Made by a program: the position numbers and the translations under genes
The notes under the pieces: generated by a model
Told to the model about the DNA's origin: nothing
What the model saw: the letters and a program-made list of their open reading frames with translations, nothing else
Database searches by the model: none
DNA from: Hydrolagus colliei
Taxonomy: Eukaryota
NCBI GenBank assembly: GCA_035084275.1
Contig: CM068771.1
Coordinates: 3,906,001 to 3,970,000, forward strand
Length of the DNA stretch: 64,000 bases
Direction of reading: 5' to 3'
In this document: piece by piece, positions 25,096 to 37,275 of the stretch
Numbering within the stretch: position 1 is the first letter of the stretch
Layout: every line of letters starts with the position of its first letter

Positions 25096-25100
25096 ATATA

Positions 25101-25805
25101 CAAATAGACCCCGCTTACCGAACGCCTGGTTAATGAAACTTCACTATAACGAGGGTTTCTATTTGTATCACTTCTCCGCTTAACAAAGGCTGCGTTAAGC
25201 AGTGCAATGCTCCCATATGGGAGGAGCTTAAGTGGCAGGATGCTTCATGGCTTCAATAATAGTAAGTCAAGGACTGTCTGTATTTTATTGTTTATTGTTG
25301 TATTTACTAACATTTTAATATCTTATTGTTCTATTTAAAGTTGTGTAGCCTTCAATAGCAGTTATATCTACCTTAGGCCTTCGCTAGTACAGGTTGAGCG
25401 TCCTGAATTCGGGACGATAGCTGAGCCCGGGTTCGGGTATTTCCAGACTTTGGAACGCCAGAAGCGTGTGACGTGTCCGGAAATGCCTGGGCCCAGGTTG
25501 CGATATGTCAGTGCGGTGACTGTGCAGACCTGGCCTGGAGCAGGTAGGATCGGGGTTTTTATTCTTGCAATTTTTGACACATTCTGGATTCAGGAAATCC
25601 GGATTTTGGCTGCCCAACCTGTTCACCGAAAATGTTAGCGCTAGGAACTGCTAGGAACTAGTGATTTTAGCGGGGAGGCTCAGGTCGGGGCAGCGTTTTG
25701 GCTGCAGCCAAATACAGTAATACAGTTAAACTCTCGCTTAACAAAATTTTCACTTAATGAAGGGTTTTAAGGTCCCCAACTCCTTCATTAAGCGGGGTCT
25801 ACCTA
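25101..25805. mobile_element. Tigger/pogo-like non-autonomous element containing a nested MER46-like MITE at 25390-25621
   Basis: TA|caaatagaccccgctta ... taagcggggtctaccta|TA; inner TA|caggttgagcgtcc ... ggctgcccaacctg. Confidence 0.6.
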
Positions 25806-26172
25806 TATTTCAGTATAGAACTGAGAATCTGCTGAGTTGTTAGCAAATGATTTTATGTTGCTTTTGTAACTCAGGTAAATTGAGTTTCAATTGATTTTTA
25901 GACCTGAATGCATTACCTCAAATTTATTCAGTTAATCGACAATAGTGATTTGGGCCTATCCTGTAGGAAGAGCACATTGAAGCACTTGTGACAAAATCAC
26001 AATGTGACAGTTATCATCGGCAATTAAAGTGAGGAACAAGGTCACTATTTAACATTGTGTTGATATATTTGACAGAACAAGTGGGTGTTGATCTAGTTTG
26101 TGGTCTGAGATGCAATGTGTTGGTTACCATTTAATCATAATATACAAATGTTAGCACATTTTGGTGACTTAC

Positions 26173-26190
26173 CCAGCCTTTTCTGGAGAC
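26173..26190 (-). CDS. BTN-A 18-nt exon (G-LQKRL)
   Basis: ttttatatccattAG|gtctccagaaaaggctgg|GTaagt; phase 1-1; paralogous to 41687-41704. Confidence 0.75.
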
Positions 26191-26569
26191 CTAATGGATA
26201 TAAAATACAATTGTTACTTTAATGTCAAACGTATTCTTATACAGTACTGTATTATTTTGATAGACGTTCTGCATATTTACAATTGGAACCAAACCTATGA
26301 GAAATACAGACCAATACAATGACACAAAGTTTCAGATGCAAGTTTGGCATTATGTTTATTTGGAAAACACTTTATTTTGAACAAATTACCTGTGAGATGT
26401 GAAGTAATAGTTTCTATGAAAAATGCTGTTTACTACATCTACCATACCTTACACTCTCTGGCACCAAACAAATGTTTGGAGGATTGCCTTCAAATAGTTA
26501 CTGATATTATGATAAAATACTTATCAATATATAGCTCTGTATTATAGATCAATCAATGAAGACTAATGA

Positions 26570-27190
26570 TATGTGGGCGTTTGTTACAAAAGCGTTAGAA
26601 TATAAGAATAGGGAAGTCTTGCTGAAACTGTATAGGGCCCTGGTGAGAACGCAGTTAAAATACTGTGTGCAGTTTTGGTCTCCTTATTTAAGAAAGGATG
26701 TGCTCGCCATGGAGGGGGTACAACAAAGATAAGATTCACTAGGTTGGTACCTGGGATGAGGCGGATGAGCTATGAGGATAGGTTGAGCAATCTAGGCCTA
26801 TATTCTCTAGAATATAGAAAAATTAAGAGGTGATCTTATAGAAACCTATAAGATTATTAAGAGGCTAGACAGAGTAGATAGTGGGAGACTGTTTCCCCTG
26901 GATGGAGAAACTATAACCAGGGGTCACAGTCTTAAAATTACGGTTCAGCCCTTTCGGGAAAAACTGCTTCACTCAGTGAATTTATGGAATTCTCTACCCC
27001 AAAGGGCTGTGGATGCTCAGTCCTTGAACATATTCAAGACTGAGATTGATAGGTTTCTTGTGGATAAAGGGATAAAGGGATATGGGGATAAGGTGGGTAG
27101 GTGGAGTTAGAAGGAGATCAGCCATGATCTTATTGAATGGCGGGAGGGGCCGAATGGCCTCCTCCTGCTCCTAATTCTTATGTTCTTATG
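26570..27190 (+). mobile_element. Old CR1 3-prime fragment
   Basis: tatagggccctggtgagaacgcagttaaaatactgtgtgcagttttggtctcc ... (ttcttatg)n tail. Confidence 0.85.
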
Positions 27191-27339
27191 AATGGTTCAT
27201 ATTCACATTCATATAAAACTACTGAACATTTTATTCCTAAAAGTTGCCTGTGGCATTTTGCATGAAAACATATTAGCATTTTACATGAAACTATGTTAGT
27301 TTGATCATTCATAATGAGTTTAGTGTTATTAGTACGTAC

Positions 27340-27459
27340 CTTTGATCTCTCTGTGCTGATTGATATTGTATGGCAAAACGAAACTCAGAGCCACTGTGAC
27401 AAGTCCTAAGAGCAATGAGGAAACCACCAAATCCACGGGCACTTTGGGAAAGAACTCAT
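27340..27459 (-). CDS. BTN-A transmembrane exon (DEFFPKVPVDLVVSSLLLGLVTVALSFVLPYNINQHREIK)
   Basis: cttgacAG acceptor, GTacgt donor, 120 nt, phase 1-1; same length as 42843-42962. Confidence 0.8.
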
Positions 27460-27701
27460 CTGTCAAGAAATGTAAATAGACATTCAATAATAATAATAAT
27501 AATCCTTGCATTTGATATAATGCCTTATCACATTGGTGAAACATCTCAAAGCACTTTACAGAATATATGATAAAATGTAGGAGTGTATCTTGTGGGCAAA
27601 ACGTGGCAGCGAGTTGCGCATAGCAGTAACCCACAGACATGGATTGAGTGACACCATTTTTCGGAGGCGGGATTATTAGCTCCTGCAGCTCAGCAGCTGT
27701 A

Positions 27702-27991
27702 GAGTTCCTGTGGCTCAGTGGTTAGAGCACTCGCCTTACAAGCGTGACACCTGTGTTTCGAATCCAGGCAGATCAGGGGGAAACTTTGGGCAAGTTTCCT
27801 TATTCTACACACATTGGTCATTTGAATGAACGACTGCTTGTGGGGGACGCTGCTGTGCGCAATTGGCTGCCGCATTTTGCCGACAAATATACAGTCACTT
27901 CACTTTACAGTATATTCTGTGAAGCGCTTTGAGACGTTGATAAGATGTGAAAAGCGCCGTATTAAATGCAAGGATTATTATTATTATTATT
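27702..27991 (+). mobile_element. Full-length SINE copy
   Basis: A box tggctcagtgg, B box tttcgaatcc, gctgtgcgcaattggctgccgc Deu-like core, (ATT)n tail. Confidence 0.9.
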
Positions 27992-28294
27992 ATCCCCGGA
28001 AAGTGATGTGGCATTCGAATAACAATCAGATTATTATTTAACTATAGGTAACCAGAGGCATATGTGTGGAGTAAGGAAATTTGCCTAAGGTTTCACCCTG
28101 CCTGGGAATTGAACCCAGGTCCTCTTCCTTATGAAGCCACTATCCTGTGGAAATCCTTTCATTCTGATTTCAAACAATAAATAGCCTTCAATTTACATTC
28201 ATTCCCCAGTACTCTTTGCTGAGATTTTGTAAGTTATAGAAATCTACAACATATTTATCAGACGGATCATTAATATTTCAGTTTATTTACTGAC

Positions 28295-28570
28295 CAGAGA
28301 TTTTGAGTTTTCCTTCTTGTTCATATTCAGAATTGTGAATCAGACACCTGATCTTGTTGGTTGAATGGATTATTTCTATTTGGCTTTTAACACTGAAGAG
28401 ACCTTTAGAATCCTCTCTGATTGTCCAGTTACTGAGTGTTGTTAATTTGTTTCCCTGATCATCGAACCACAGAACCTCTGGTGCTGGGAACCATCCACTG
28501 GATTCACACAACAGCCTCACACCATCATTGTGTTGTCCTTCAACATGAATCCAAGGCTGACTGCCAAGGC
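28295..28570 (-). CDS. BTN-A IgC (C1/C2-set) exon
   Basis: ctcttccAG acceptor, GTcagt donor, 276 nt; LLCESSGWFPAPEVLW ... IRCLIHN. Confidence 0.9.
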
Positions 28571-28937
28571 CTGGAAGAGACAGGAGACGTGAATCAGACA
28601 ATATTTATACCCAAGACATTACAGTGCAATGACGTTACTGAAAAGACATTTTAAACATTCTAAATTACATTATTAAACTACATTGATTTCTACAAAAACA
28701 TGTGTTATAAAATAAGGTTGTTTTACCTACAAAATACATAGTGAATTCACTTTACAGTATATTCTGTGAATCTCTGAGACATCCCAAAGACATTATGAGG
28801 CTCTCTAACAAATGCAAGGATTATTATCATTTTCTTATAGACTTCCTTGTTTATAATGTATATCAAACGCAGAATCACATGATAACAATTAGTTTTTTAC
28901 ATGCAAGTTACCATAAAATGTTGTAAACATTGCAAAC

Positions 28938-29285
28938 CTGTAACATTCAACTCGATCACTGCTTCTTCATACCAATCGTCATAGTGAATTAAACATTTGT
29001 AGGTGCCATTATCTGACCCCCACACATCTTTGAGTTTGAGAGACACATTGCCATGGATGAATTCCTTTCTAAAAAGTTCTGTTCTGTATTTGTAGGCTTG
29101 CTCCTGCTCACTTGTTTGATCACGACCCTCACTGTATAAGTGCACGGGGGAGTCAAATCTCACCCTGAACCATCTCACCTCCACACCTTCTAGTGGCAGG
29201 TCTCTAGAACACTTACAGTCCAGGACAACATCTGAACCAACAATGGCTGGGACAGGGTGGGCAGGGCCACTGACTGTGAATCTCT
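28938..29285 (-). CDS. BTN-A IgV exon
   Basis: 348 nt, phase 1-1; ERFTVSGP, LDCKCS, VRWFR, PVHLYSEGRDQ, RTELF, GNVSLKL, DNGTYKC, WYEEA. Confidence 0.9.
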
Positions 29286-29842
29286 CTGCTTAATTACAAA
29301 AAAAAAGGAGAAGAAAAATGTTAGGATTTGCAGAAAGACACTGACTACAATTTCCTGTAGCTCAGTGGTTAGAGCACTCGCCTCGAAAAGCAAGAGGACC
29401 CGAGATTTTATTACATTGAAAAGGGCAAGTTTCCTGATTCCACATGCCTCTGGTTACCGTGCAGTAGGTAGCAATCCTGTTGTCATTTGATTGATGGATC
29501 ACGTTTCCAGCGGTGAGAATCCCTCCCTCCCTCCCTGCCTCTGACAGACTGACCGACCGACCAACAAACAAACAAATACAGAAATTAATTAATTAGCTAC
29601 TCAGTCCTCAAGTTTGTGGAACACTGCTGTGCGCAATTGGCTGCCATGTTACAACCATAAAATACGCAGTCAATTCACTTTGCAGTATGTTCTGTGAAGC
29701 ACTTTGCATCATCTCTAACAATTGATAAGGCGCTATATCAAATGCAATGACTATTATAATTATTGAGGTAAAAGATGTGCAGCTGTCAGTATGTGAATCA
29801 CACTCACTCGCAGCCACCACCTTCAGCAATTTCAGCAATTTA

Positions 29843-31068
29843 ATAATAATAATAATCCTTGCATTTGATATGGCACTTTTCATATTTTATCGAGGTGTCA
29901 AAGCGCTTCACAGAATATACTGTAAAGTGAATTGACTGTATATATTTGTGGGCGAAATGCAGCAGCCAATTGTGCACAGCAGCGTCCCCACAAACAGTCG
30001 TGGATTGAAAATGACAAATTTTTATTACTGTTTTTTTTGGATGGATTATTATTAGGTGTGTGTGTGTGGAGTAAGGAAACTTGCCCAAGGTTTTGTCCTG
30101 ACCTGCCTGGATTCGAACAACAATAACTTTGATTTATATAGTGCCCTCCAACGCCAGACGGCGTCTCAAGAGCGCTTCACAAGAGCGAATCCTGGGACCG
30201 AGCCAGGGGCAGGGGTAGAAAGGTGAACAAAGGCACGGTTGAAGAGAAATGTCTTCAGCTGGGACCTGAAGCTGAGAAGAGAGGGGGTGAGGTGAAGTTA
30301 GTGAGGAAGGGAATTCCAGAGCCTCGGGGCATAGTGGCTAAAGGCACGGCCGCCGAGGGTGGAGCGGAGGACTCAGGGGACATGGAGGAGGCCAGACCCA
30401 GAGGATCGAAGGCAGCGGGTGCTGGGTTGCGGGGAGAGGAGATCAGAGAGTTTGGGGGTGCAGAGGAATGGAGGGATTTGAAGACAAGGGTGAGGATCTT
30501 GAAATCGATCCTCTCTGGGATAAGGAGCCAGTGAAGTCTGGCAAGGACTAGGTTAATGGAGGAGCGAAGTTTAGTGCAGGTGAGAACACGGGCGGCAGAG
30601 TTCTGAGTGAGCTGGACTCTGTGGATTGTGGAGGATGGGAGATCGGCGAGGAGGGCGTTGGAATAGTCCAGCCGAGAGGTGACGAAGGAGTGGACCAGGG
30701 TTTCAGCGGCTTTTGGGTTGAGGTATTGCCGGAGACAGGCGATCCGTTGGAGATGGAAAAAAGCAGTACTGGTGACGGACCGGATGTGGGGGAGGAAGGA
30801 CAGTTGGGGGTCGAATCTGACGCCAAGGTTGCGCACAAGATCGGAGAGTTTTAGGGGCCAGGCCGGGAAGGTGGAGGAGGTGAGAGCCGTATGAATATAT
30901 ACGTTGACGAGAGCGAAAGAGTGTGGCCTCCGTCTTGTCAACATTCAGCTCCAAGAAATTTGCTGTCATCCAGCTCCTGATGTCTGACAGGCAGGCTGAT
31001 GGAACATCAGGGGACTGGGGGTCACAAAGTGAACGCGAGTGCGCTAACCACTGAGCTACAGGAGCTCT
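29843..31068 (-). mobile_element. SINE split by an L2 (subfamily B) insertion at about 30118-31030
   Basis: SINE A-box head at 31030-31068, B box and body at 29843-30117; L2 RT C-terminus (ORF 30255-30944) with (GTT)n tail lies between them. Confidence 0.8.
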
Positions 31069-31128
31069 ACAACAATTTAACAACAACAATGTGAAGAGAA
31101 ATCAAAAGGTTGCAAGGTGTTTCCTTAC

Positions 31129-31186
31129 CAGCCAGTGAGAGAGGGAGCACAAGCCAAAGGACCTGAATACAGCGTTTGCAGTTCAT
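31129..31186 (-). CDS. BTN-A signal peptide exon (MNCKRCIQVLWLVLPLSLA)
   Basis: ATG at 31186, donor G|GTaagg, 58 nt, phase 1; the full model sums to 1398 nt (465 aa plus stop). Confidence 0.85.
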
Positions 31187-31546
31187 CTTCTCGGACCTTT
31201 ACAATGAGATCACAACTGGTTACAACAGCAAATCAGATACAGTAATTACACACAAAGAGATTTGTGATTACGCACAAAAACAAATTAGTAGATGCTTTGT
31301 AGACGCAAAAACATTGGAGTTGCTATAAATCCCCTGCTTTCCAGAAACCAAATATGCAGAGTTTTTAAAAAAAAAAACTTGAAGGCCCCAAATTACAGTG
31401 CAGCCTATTGTGCACTACTGCTGGCTCTCTTTCCTAATGCTCACCCCACCTCACGATCCTCACTGACCTTCACAGGGACCAGGGATTTCCACTTTACCAC
31501 AAACAGATCCAGCCTCTACAACCCAACATGAGCTCCGAGGCCTTGG

Positions 31547-31868
31547 GGAGCTCCTGTAGCTCAGTGGTTAGAGCACGTATCTTGCAAGCTGGGGAGACCT
31601 GTGTTAAAATCCAGGAAGGTCAGGGTTAAACTTTGGGCAAGATCCTTACTCCAATAATAATCCCTCCGATAAAACCACAATAATAAAATTGGTCATTTCA
31701 ATCCACGACCGTTTGTGGGGACACCGCTGTGCGCAATTGGCTGCCGCGTTTCGCCCACAGATATACAGTCAGTTGACTTTACAGTATATTCTGTGAAGCG
31801 CTTTGAGACGTCGATAAGACGTGAAAAGCGCTAGATCATATGCAAGGATTATTATTATTATATTATTG
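31547..31868 (+). mobile_element. Full-length SINE copy
   Basis: ctcctgtagctcagtggttagagc head to (ATT)n tail. Confidence 0.9.
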
Positions 31869-32099
31869 GGGATCACCAGATCACCTAATCCAATCGTCAT
31901 TAGTCATGTAAACAGTGGCGTAGCGACATGCTATTAGCCAGTTCAACATGTTCACATGACGTCAAAGCGCTCTGAGACGCCGTCCGGCGTGGAGGGCGCT
32001 ATATAAATCGAAGTTGTTGTTGTTGTTGTTGTCAAGCAGCTGCCGGTTGCCAATTGGATGAGATGATCAGGTAATTCCCCGAGGCCTGGGGGATAGATA

Positions 32100-32208
32100 C
32101 TGTATATCTCCGCGTATAAGGCGCACTTTTTTTCACGTGGGAAGATCTCGAAAGTAGGGGGTGCGCCCTATACGCAGGAACAAGAAATTTTGAGCCTCGG
32201 AAATACAG
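32100..32208. mobile_element. 109-bp Tc1/mariner (Tc2-like) MITE
   Basis: TA|ctgtatatctccgcgtataaggcgcac ... gtgcgccctatacgcagg..ggaaatacag|TA. Confidence 0.7.
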
Positions 32209-32214
32209 TAAACA

Positions 32215-32620
32215 GGGGGGGCGGCCGGCGCGCTGTCAGCCGGGGTTTGGTTAGTGTCCGGTGGGGGTTGGGAGGAGCGGGTGACGGGGCTTCGGCCTCG
32301 GCCGCCCGGGCAGCGGCAGCAGCAGCGGACTTCAGTGCTGTGCTTACCTTCTGCCGAACCCAGTCTGCCTGCCTCACTCCCTGCCGCTCTCTCTCCCTCC
32401 CTCCCTCCCTCCCTGCCTGCCTCTCCCTCTCTCTCTCCCGGGCTGCCGGCCTGCCTCACTCCCCCTGTCTCTCCCAGGCTGCCGACCTGCCTCTCTCCCT
32501 CTCTCTCTCCCGGGCTGCCGACCTGCCTCTCTCCCGCTCTCTCTCCCTCCCTGCCTCCCCCTCACCCTCCCTGGCTGCCTGCCCTGCTGTTAGCGCCGGC
32601 CCTGCTCCTTCCTCATTTTC
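32215..32620 (-). promoter_or_regulatory. CpG-rich island, candidate promoter or non-coding first exon of BTN-A
   Basis: High CpG density relative to the flanks; consensus donor cagaag|GTAAGC at 32348/32347 on -. Confidence 0.35.
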
Positions 32621-33164
32621 AGATTACCTCTGAAGGCCTTCCTATTCAGCCGTGCCTGCAATCACCTCCCCCTAGCTCAGCGTCAGCCTCCACCACTGTT
32701 AACCATTCCCCTTTTGAGAATAATTCTGTGTATCTTCTGTGTAACTGTGTTTGTGTGCCCCACGTCGGGCTGGCTTGGGCCTCCCTTTGTCTAGTTCTCT
32801 GTGATCTGATGACTTGTCTCTCACTTCCCCTTTCCCAGCCCCCACACACACAGTCAGGGAGATGTTGCAATCGCACGGGAATGTGTCCGGCAAACATTTA
32901 CAGTCACAGCTTCTTCCTTCACTAGAAAACACACAACTCCACAGCAGAGCAAAAATAAATCACATTTAACAAAAAAAGAAAGAAATCATATAGTGTGATC
33001 GCAGAATAACAGAGATTTACAAGACAAAAGGTACATTTCACACAGAGTTATTCAACTCCATTAAGCACATGCTCTGATTAACAACAACATGCAACTTTAT
33101 AGATCCTCTATGCCAGGCAATGTCTCAAAGCAATTATAATAATTGTAGTGATCCACTCAACAAC

Positions 33165-33790
33165 AACAACAACTACATTACATTTGTATAGCGCCATTTG
33201 TATTGGCGCTATATTGGAAAGGATGTCCAATACATTTGTATTGGACATCCTTTCATGTCAGGAGGATGTCCAAAGGTGCTGGACAGTCACTGCTTCAGAC
33301 CCGAGCTGAGGATTGGGTGGTGGGGGGGAAGGAAGTGGGAGATTAGAAGTTGCCAATGAGTCCATCGAAGAGGAGAGTCTTGAGGTGAGACTTGAAGAAG
33401 GCCAGGGAAGGAGCGAGTTCCAGAGGTTGGGGGGCAGAGTGGCTGAAGGCTCGCCTGCCAATGGTGGGGCGGGTGGGTCAGGGGACGTGGAGCAGGCCAG
33501 AGCCTGCTGAGCGGAGGGAGGGGGTGGGCAGGTTGGTAAGGGGATAGGAGGTCAAGGATGTCGGGTGGGGGGGGGGCGAGGTTGTGGAGGGCATTAAATG
33601 TGAGGACCAGGATCTTGAATTGGATTCTCTGGATGATGGGCAGCCAGCGGAGTCGGACGAGGATGGGGGAGATGGGGCCACGGAATTTGGAACAGTAGAG
33701 GACATGGACCACAGAGTTCTGGATTATCTGCAGCCTGTGGAGGGAGGAACTGGGAAGGCCGACAACCAGGGTGTTTGCATAGTCGTAACT
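33165..33790 (-). mobile_element. L2 3-prime fragment with a fold-back insertion in its tail
   Basis: ORF 33287-33937 has YANTLVVGLPSSSLHRLQ and RLRWLP; palindromes at 33187-33254. Confidence 0.8.
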
Positions 33791-34365
33791 CATTGGCAAC
33801 CTGGAGCATAATAAAGACAATAATAAAGATTTACCAGAGAGAGGGAGAGAGTCCATTGAAACCTGGGATCTATCCTTCAAGTGGCTTGGGAAGTCCTTCT
33901 GACATGGAAGGCGCTGTACTATATTGTTGCTGTTCAAGAGCCTTTGCCATCAGCTGCTTCAGACAGAGAGGATCAGTCATTATAACACTGGCACTATATA
34001 GGAACCAGTGGAAAGTAAAAACACTGATCATGCGCTTGCTTAAAATGAAGTGGCTGATCGCAAGGTGTGTGAAGCCAGGTGGATACAGGAGAGATCACTC
34101 CCTTCTCCCCAGTAAAAACTTACAATTGACAGTAAGATCTTGCCCTCGCCAGTGTGATCTGAAAGTCTCTCTTACCTTCTTCCTCTCCAGTCAGCTTCAC
34201 GGGGAATTATCTTGTTAGTGTTTTCAGGGAAAATGGTGAAAGGAGTCACAGGAGGAAATCTATACACAGTATATCACTTTCACTTCCCAATATTGCACTT
34301 ATTATTAGGTTGGCAACTTCCGCCCGCACAGTGTTAGTGGTGTTAGTGCCAGGGCAGTGATAGAT

Positions 34366-34695
34366 GATAATAATAATCCTTGCATTTGATGTAGCCTTTT
34401 TATCGAATCTTCTAGACGTCTCAAAGCGCTTCACAGAATATACTGTAAAGTGAAGTGACTGTATATTTTGTGGGTAAAATGCGGCAGTTAATTGCGCAGA
34501 GCGGTGTCCTACAAAACGTCCTGGATTTCTTTCAAGGAATTAATACCCATGGAAAAAGCAGGGTTCCTACTTTGCTGGGTAAACAGTGGCTTGTAGAGTA
34601 AGGAAACCCGCCTAACATTTCACCCTGCTGGGAATTGAACCCGGGTCGCTCGCTTGCGAGGTGAGCACTCTAACCACTGAGCTATAGGACTCCTC
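34366..34695 (-). mobile_element. SINE long variant with an extra central module
   Basis: Between head and Deu-like core it carries ccactgtttacccagcaaagtaggaaccc. Confidence 0.8.
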
Positions 34696-35091
34696 TGATT
34701 CCAGTCTTTGTGCATTACCCGATAAAGTACAACGTCAGCTTCTGGTCAGCAAGAAAATGCACTGTGAGAATAACAAGTGATGCCATTTGGCTTTGCGGAA
34801 TCATAATAAACAACAATAATGCTTTCACATCAGGAGGACTTCCCAAGGTGCTGGAAAGATCATGCAAAATAAAATAGTTTCACAGGATTGTGATAACCTT
34901 ACAGTTTAACAGAACGTAAAACAACAGAAATAAATAACTCTACAGCAGTGGCAGAGCTAAGGCAGCAGATGGCAATGAGATTTATTTTCTTCGGACGATG
35001 AATGTTTTATAGGCTAATTATATACAGTAATTAGTAACATGCAGCCTGGCTCAGTCAGTCAGGCTGGGCTCTCTCTCGCCTCTGGCTCAAA

Positions 35092-36010
35092 CAACAACAA
35101 CAAAATTACATTTATAGAGCTCCTTTCACATCGGGAGGACGTCCCAAAGCGCTGAACAGTCAGGTCGGGACCCAAGCGGGGGGTGGGGAGGGTAGGGGGG
35201 AAGGTGAAGGAGAGTAGGAGAGGTGGAAGAGTTAGGAGGGGAGCAGAAGGCACGTTCAAAGAGGAGGGTCTTGAGACCGGCCTTGAAGGAGGAAAGGGAG
35301 GGAGCGAGGAGAAGGCATTGCAGGATGGATTTCCAGAGTGTGGGGGGCAGAGAGGCTGAAAGCCCGGCCACCGATGGTTGGGGGGTTAGGGCGGTGGATG
35401 TGGAGCAGGCCAGAGCCTGCTGAGCGGGGTGGGCGGGCAGGCTGATAGGGAGACAGCAGGTTGAAGAAATAGGCGGGGGCAAGGCTGTGAATGTCCTTGA
35501 AGGTTCAATTGAATCCTCTGGGGGTTGAGGAGCCACTGGAGACGGGCGAGGGTGGGAGTGATGTGGTCGTGGAGCCTGGTATGGGAGAGTACACAAGCTG
35601 CAGAGTTCAGACTGATCTGCAGCCTGTCAAGGGAGGAGCTGGGAAGACCGACGAGGAGACTTCCCATAGTCGAGCTTGGAAGTGGTAAAGGCCTGAACGA
35701 GAGTTTTGGCAGTATGCGGGGGGTGAGGTAGTGGCGGAGTCTGGCAATATTGCAGTGGTGATGGAAGGCAGGACCGGTCATGGAGCGGATATAAGGGAGG
35801 AAGGACAGTTCGGGGTCAAACAAGATGCCCAGATTCCCGACTGGCTTTGAGAGGTGGAGAGAGCAGCCTTAGATGCTGATGGTGTCAGCGCCTGAGGTGC
35901 AGAGGCGCTGATGCGAGCCAGTCAGGAGCCAAATAGCGATGGTATCAATGCCCGATGGGAGCTAATTAGGAGGGCCTTGGTCTTGGTTTACATTCAACAG
36001 TAGAAAGTTA
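35092..36010 (-). mobile_element. L2 3-prime fragment
   Basis: L2 subfamily A tail at 35092-35160 and frameshifted RT C-terminal ORFs. Confidence 0.8.
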
Positions 36011-36584
36011 GCTCTCGTCCAGGATTGATGTCCGACAGTCCTTCCATCAGGACATTACTCATGGAGTTGAGCAGAAAGTGACAGGAAGAGAAGAAGAGTG
36101 GGAGGTAGTTGCCTGTTATATCTGTTGCTGTACTACAAGATTTGTAGGGAAGGGATCCTACTCAGAGTTGGCTGTGGAAGTTTCTTACATTCCAGCTGGT
36201 GTTCAGTATCCTGTTCGGGTGAACTGGGCAAAAGGGTCTTCACATTTTCATCCACAAAGAAGCGTTCAGGTGTCAGGCATTGAAATCATTTATTGGTAAC
36301 AAAATCACTGGTTGCAATATTTATTAAATATTTACAGGGAATATTACATAGAATTGCATAGACTGTGCAAAAGGAAACAGGCCATGACACTTAATTGCTG
36401 TGATTGTGTTTATACAATGGTTTATGAATGGTTTCAGGGGTCAGGTGTCAGCCTGACTCAACTGTTGGCAATCTCATCACTTAGTGGAGTCAAGCTGCAA
36501 GTCAGGAAATTTGAGCGCATAACCTTGGCTGACTGACATGCACTGCAGTGTTGTGGGAAGTGCTTCACTGTTAGGTGCATTCAT

Positions 36585-37275
36585 TTGATGTCTTACTCCG
36601 CGTCAACCCTCGATTCCAGGACCACTGGCGTTCTGACTGCATGTCTGTCCGACATTGAGTCCTGGACGAAGGCAAATTTCCGAAAACTCAACGTCAACAA
36701 GACAGAAGCCCTCCTGATTAGCTCATGTCAGCACCTCCGCACCTCAGGCGCTGACAACATCAGCGTTCAAGGCTGTTCACTCCACCTCTCAAAGCCAATC
36801 AGGAATCTGGGCATCTTGTTTGACCCCGAACTATCCTTCCTCCCCCACCTCCGCAATATTGCCGGACTCGCCATTACCTCACCCCCCACGCCGCCGAAAC
36901 CATCGTCCACGCCTTTATCAATTCCAGGCTCATCTACGAGAACTCTCTCCTCATCGGCCTCTCCAGCTCCTCCCTTTGCAGGCTGCAGATCATTCAGAAC
37001 TCTGCAGCTCGTGTACTCTCCCGTACCAGGCTTCGCGACCACATCACTCCCACCCTCGCCCGTCTACACTGGCGTCACCCACAGGATCGAATTCAAGATC
37101 CTTGTTCTCACTTTCAAGGCCATTCACGGCCTTGCCCCCGCCTCTGACCTATTGTCTCCCTATCAGCCGCCCGCACCCTCCGTTCAGCAGACCACCGCCC
37201 TAACCACCCAACCATCGGTGGCCAGGCTTTGAGCTTCTCTGCTCCCACTATATAAATGTAAGGATTATTATTATT
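36585..37275 (+). mobile_element. L2 3-prime fragment
   Basis: [32 protein letters not shown]. Confidence 0.8.

Noticed and set aside
31030-31068. tRNA-head/L2 chimeric retrotranscript
   Set aside because: The rest of the same SINE lies on the other side of the L2 (29843-30117), so nested insertion explains it
32133-32932. Several overlapping 60-220-aa ORFs
   Set aside because: GC-rich, low-complexity sequence open in many frames; no recognisable domain
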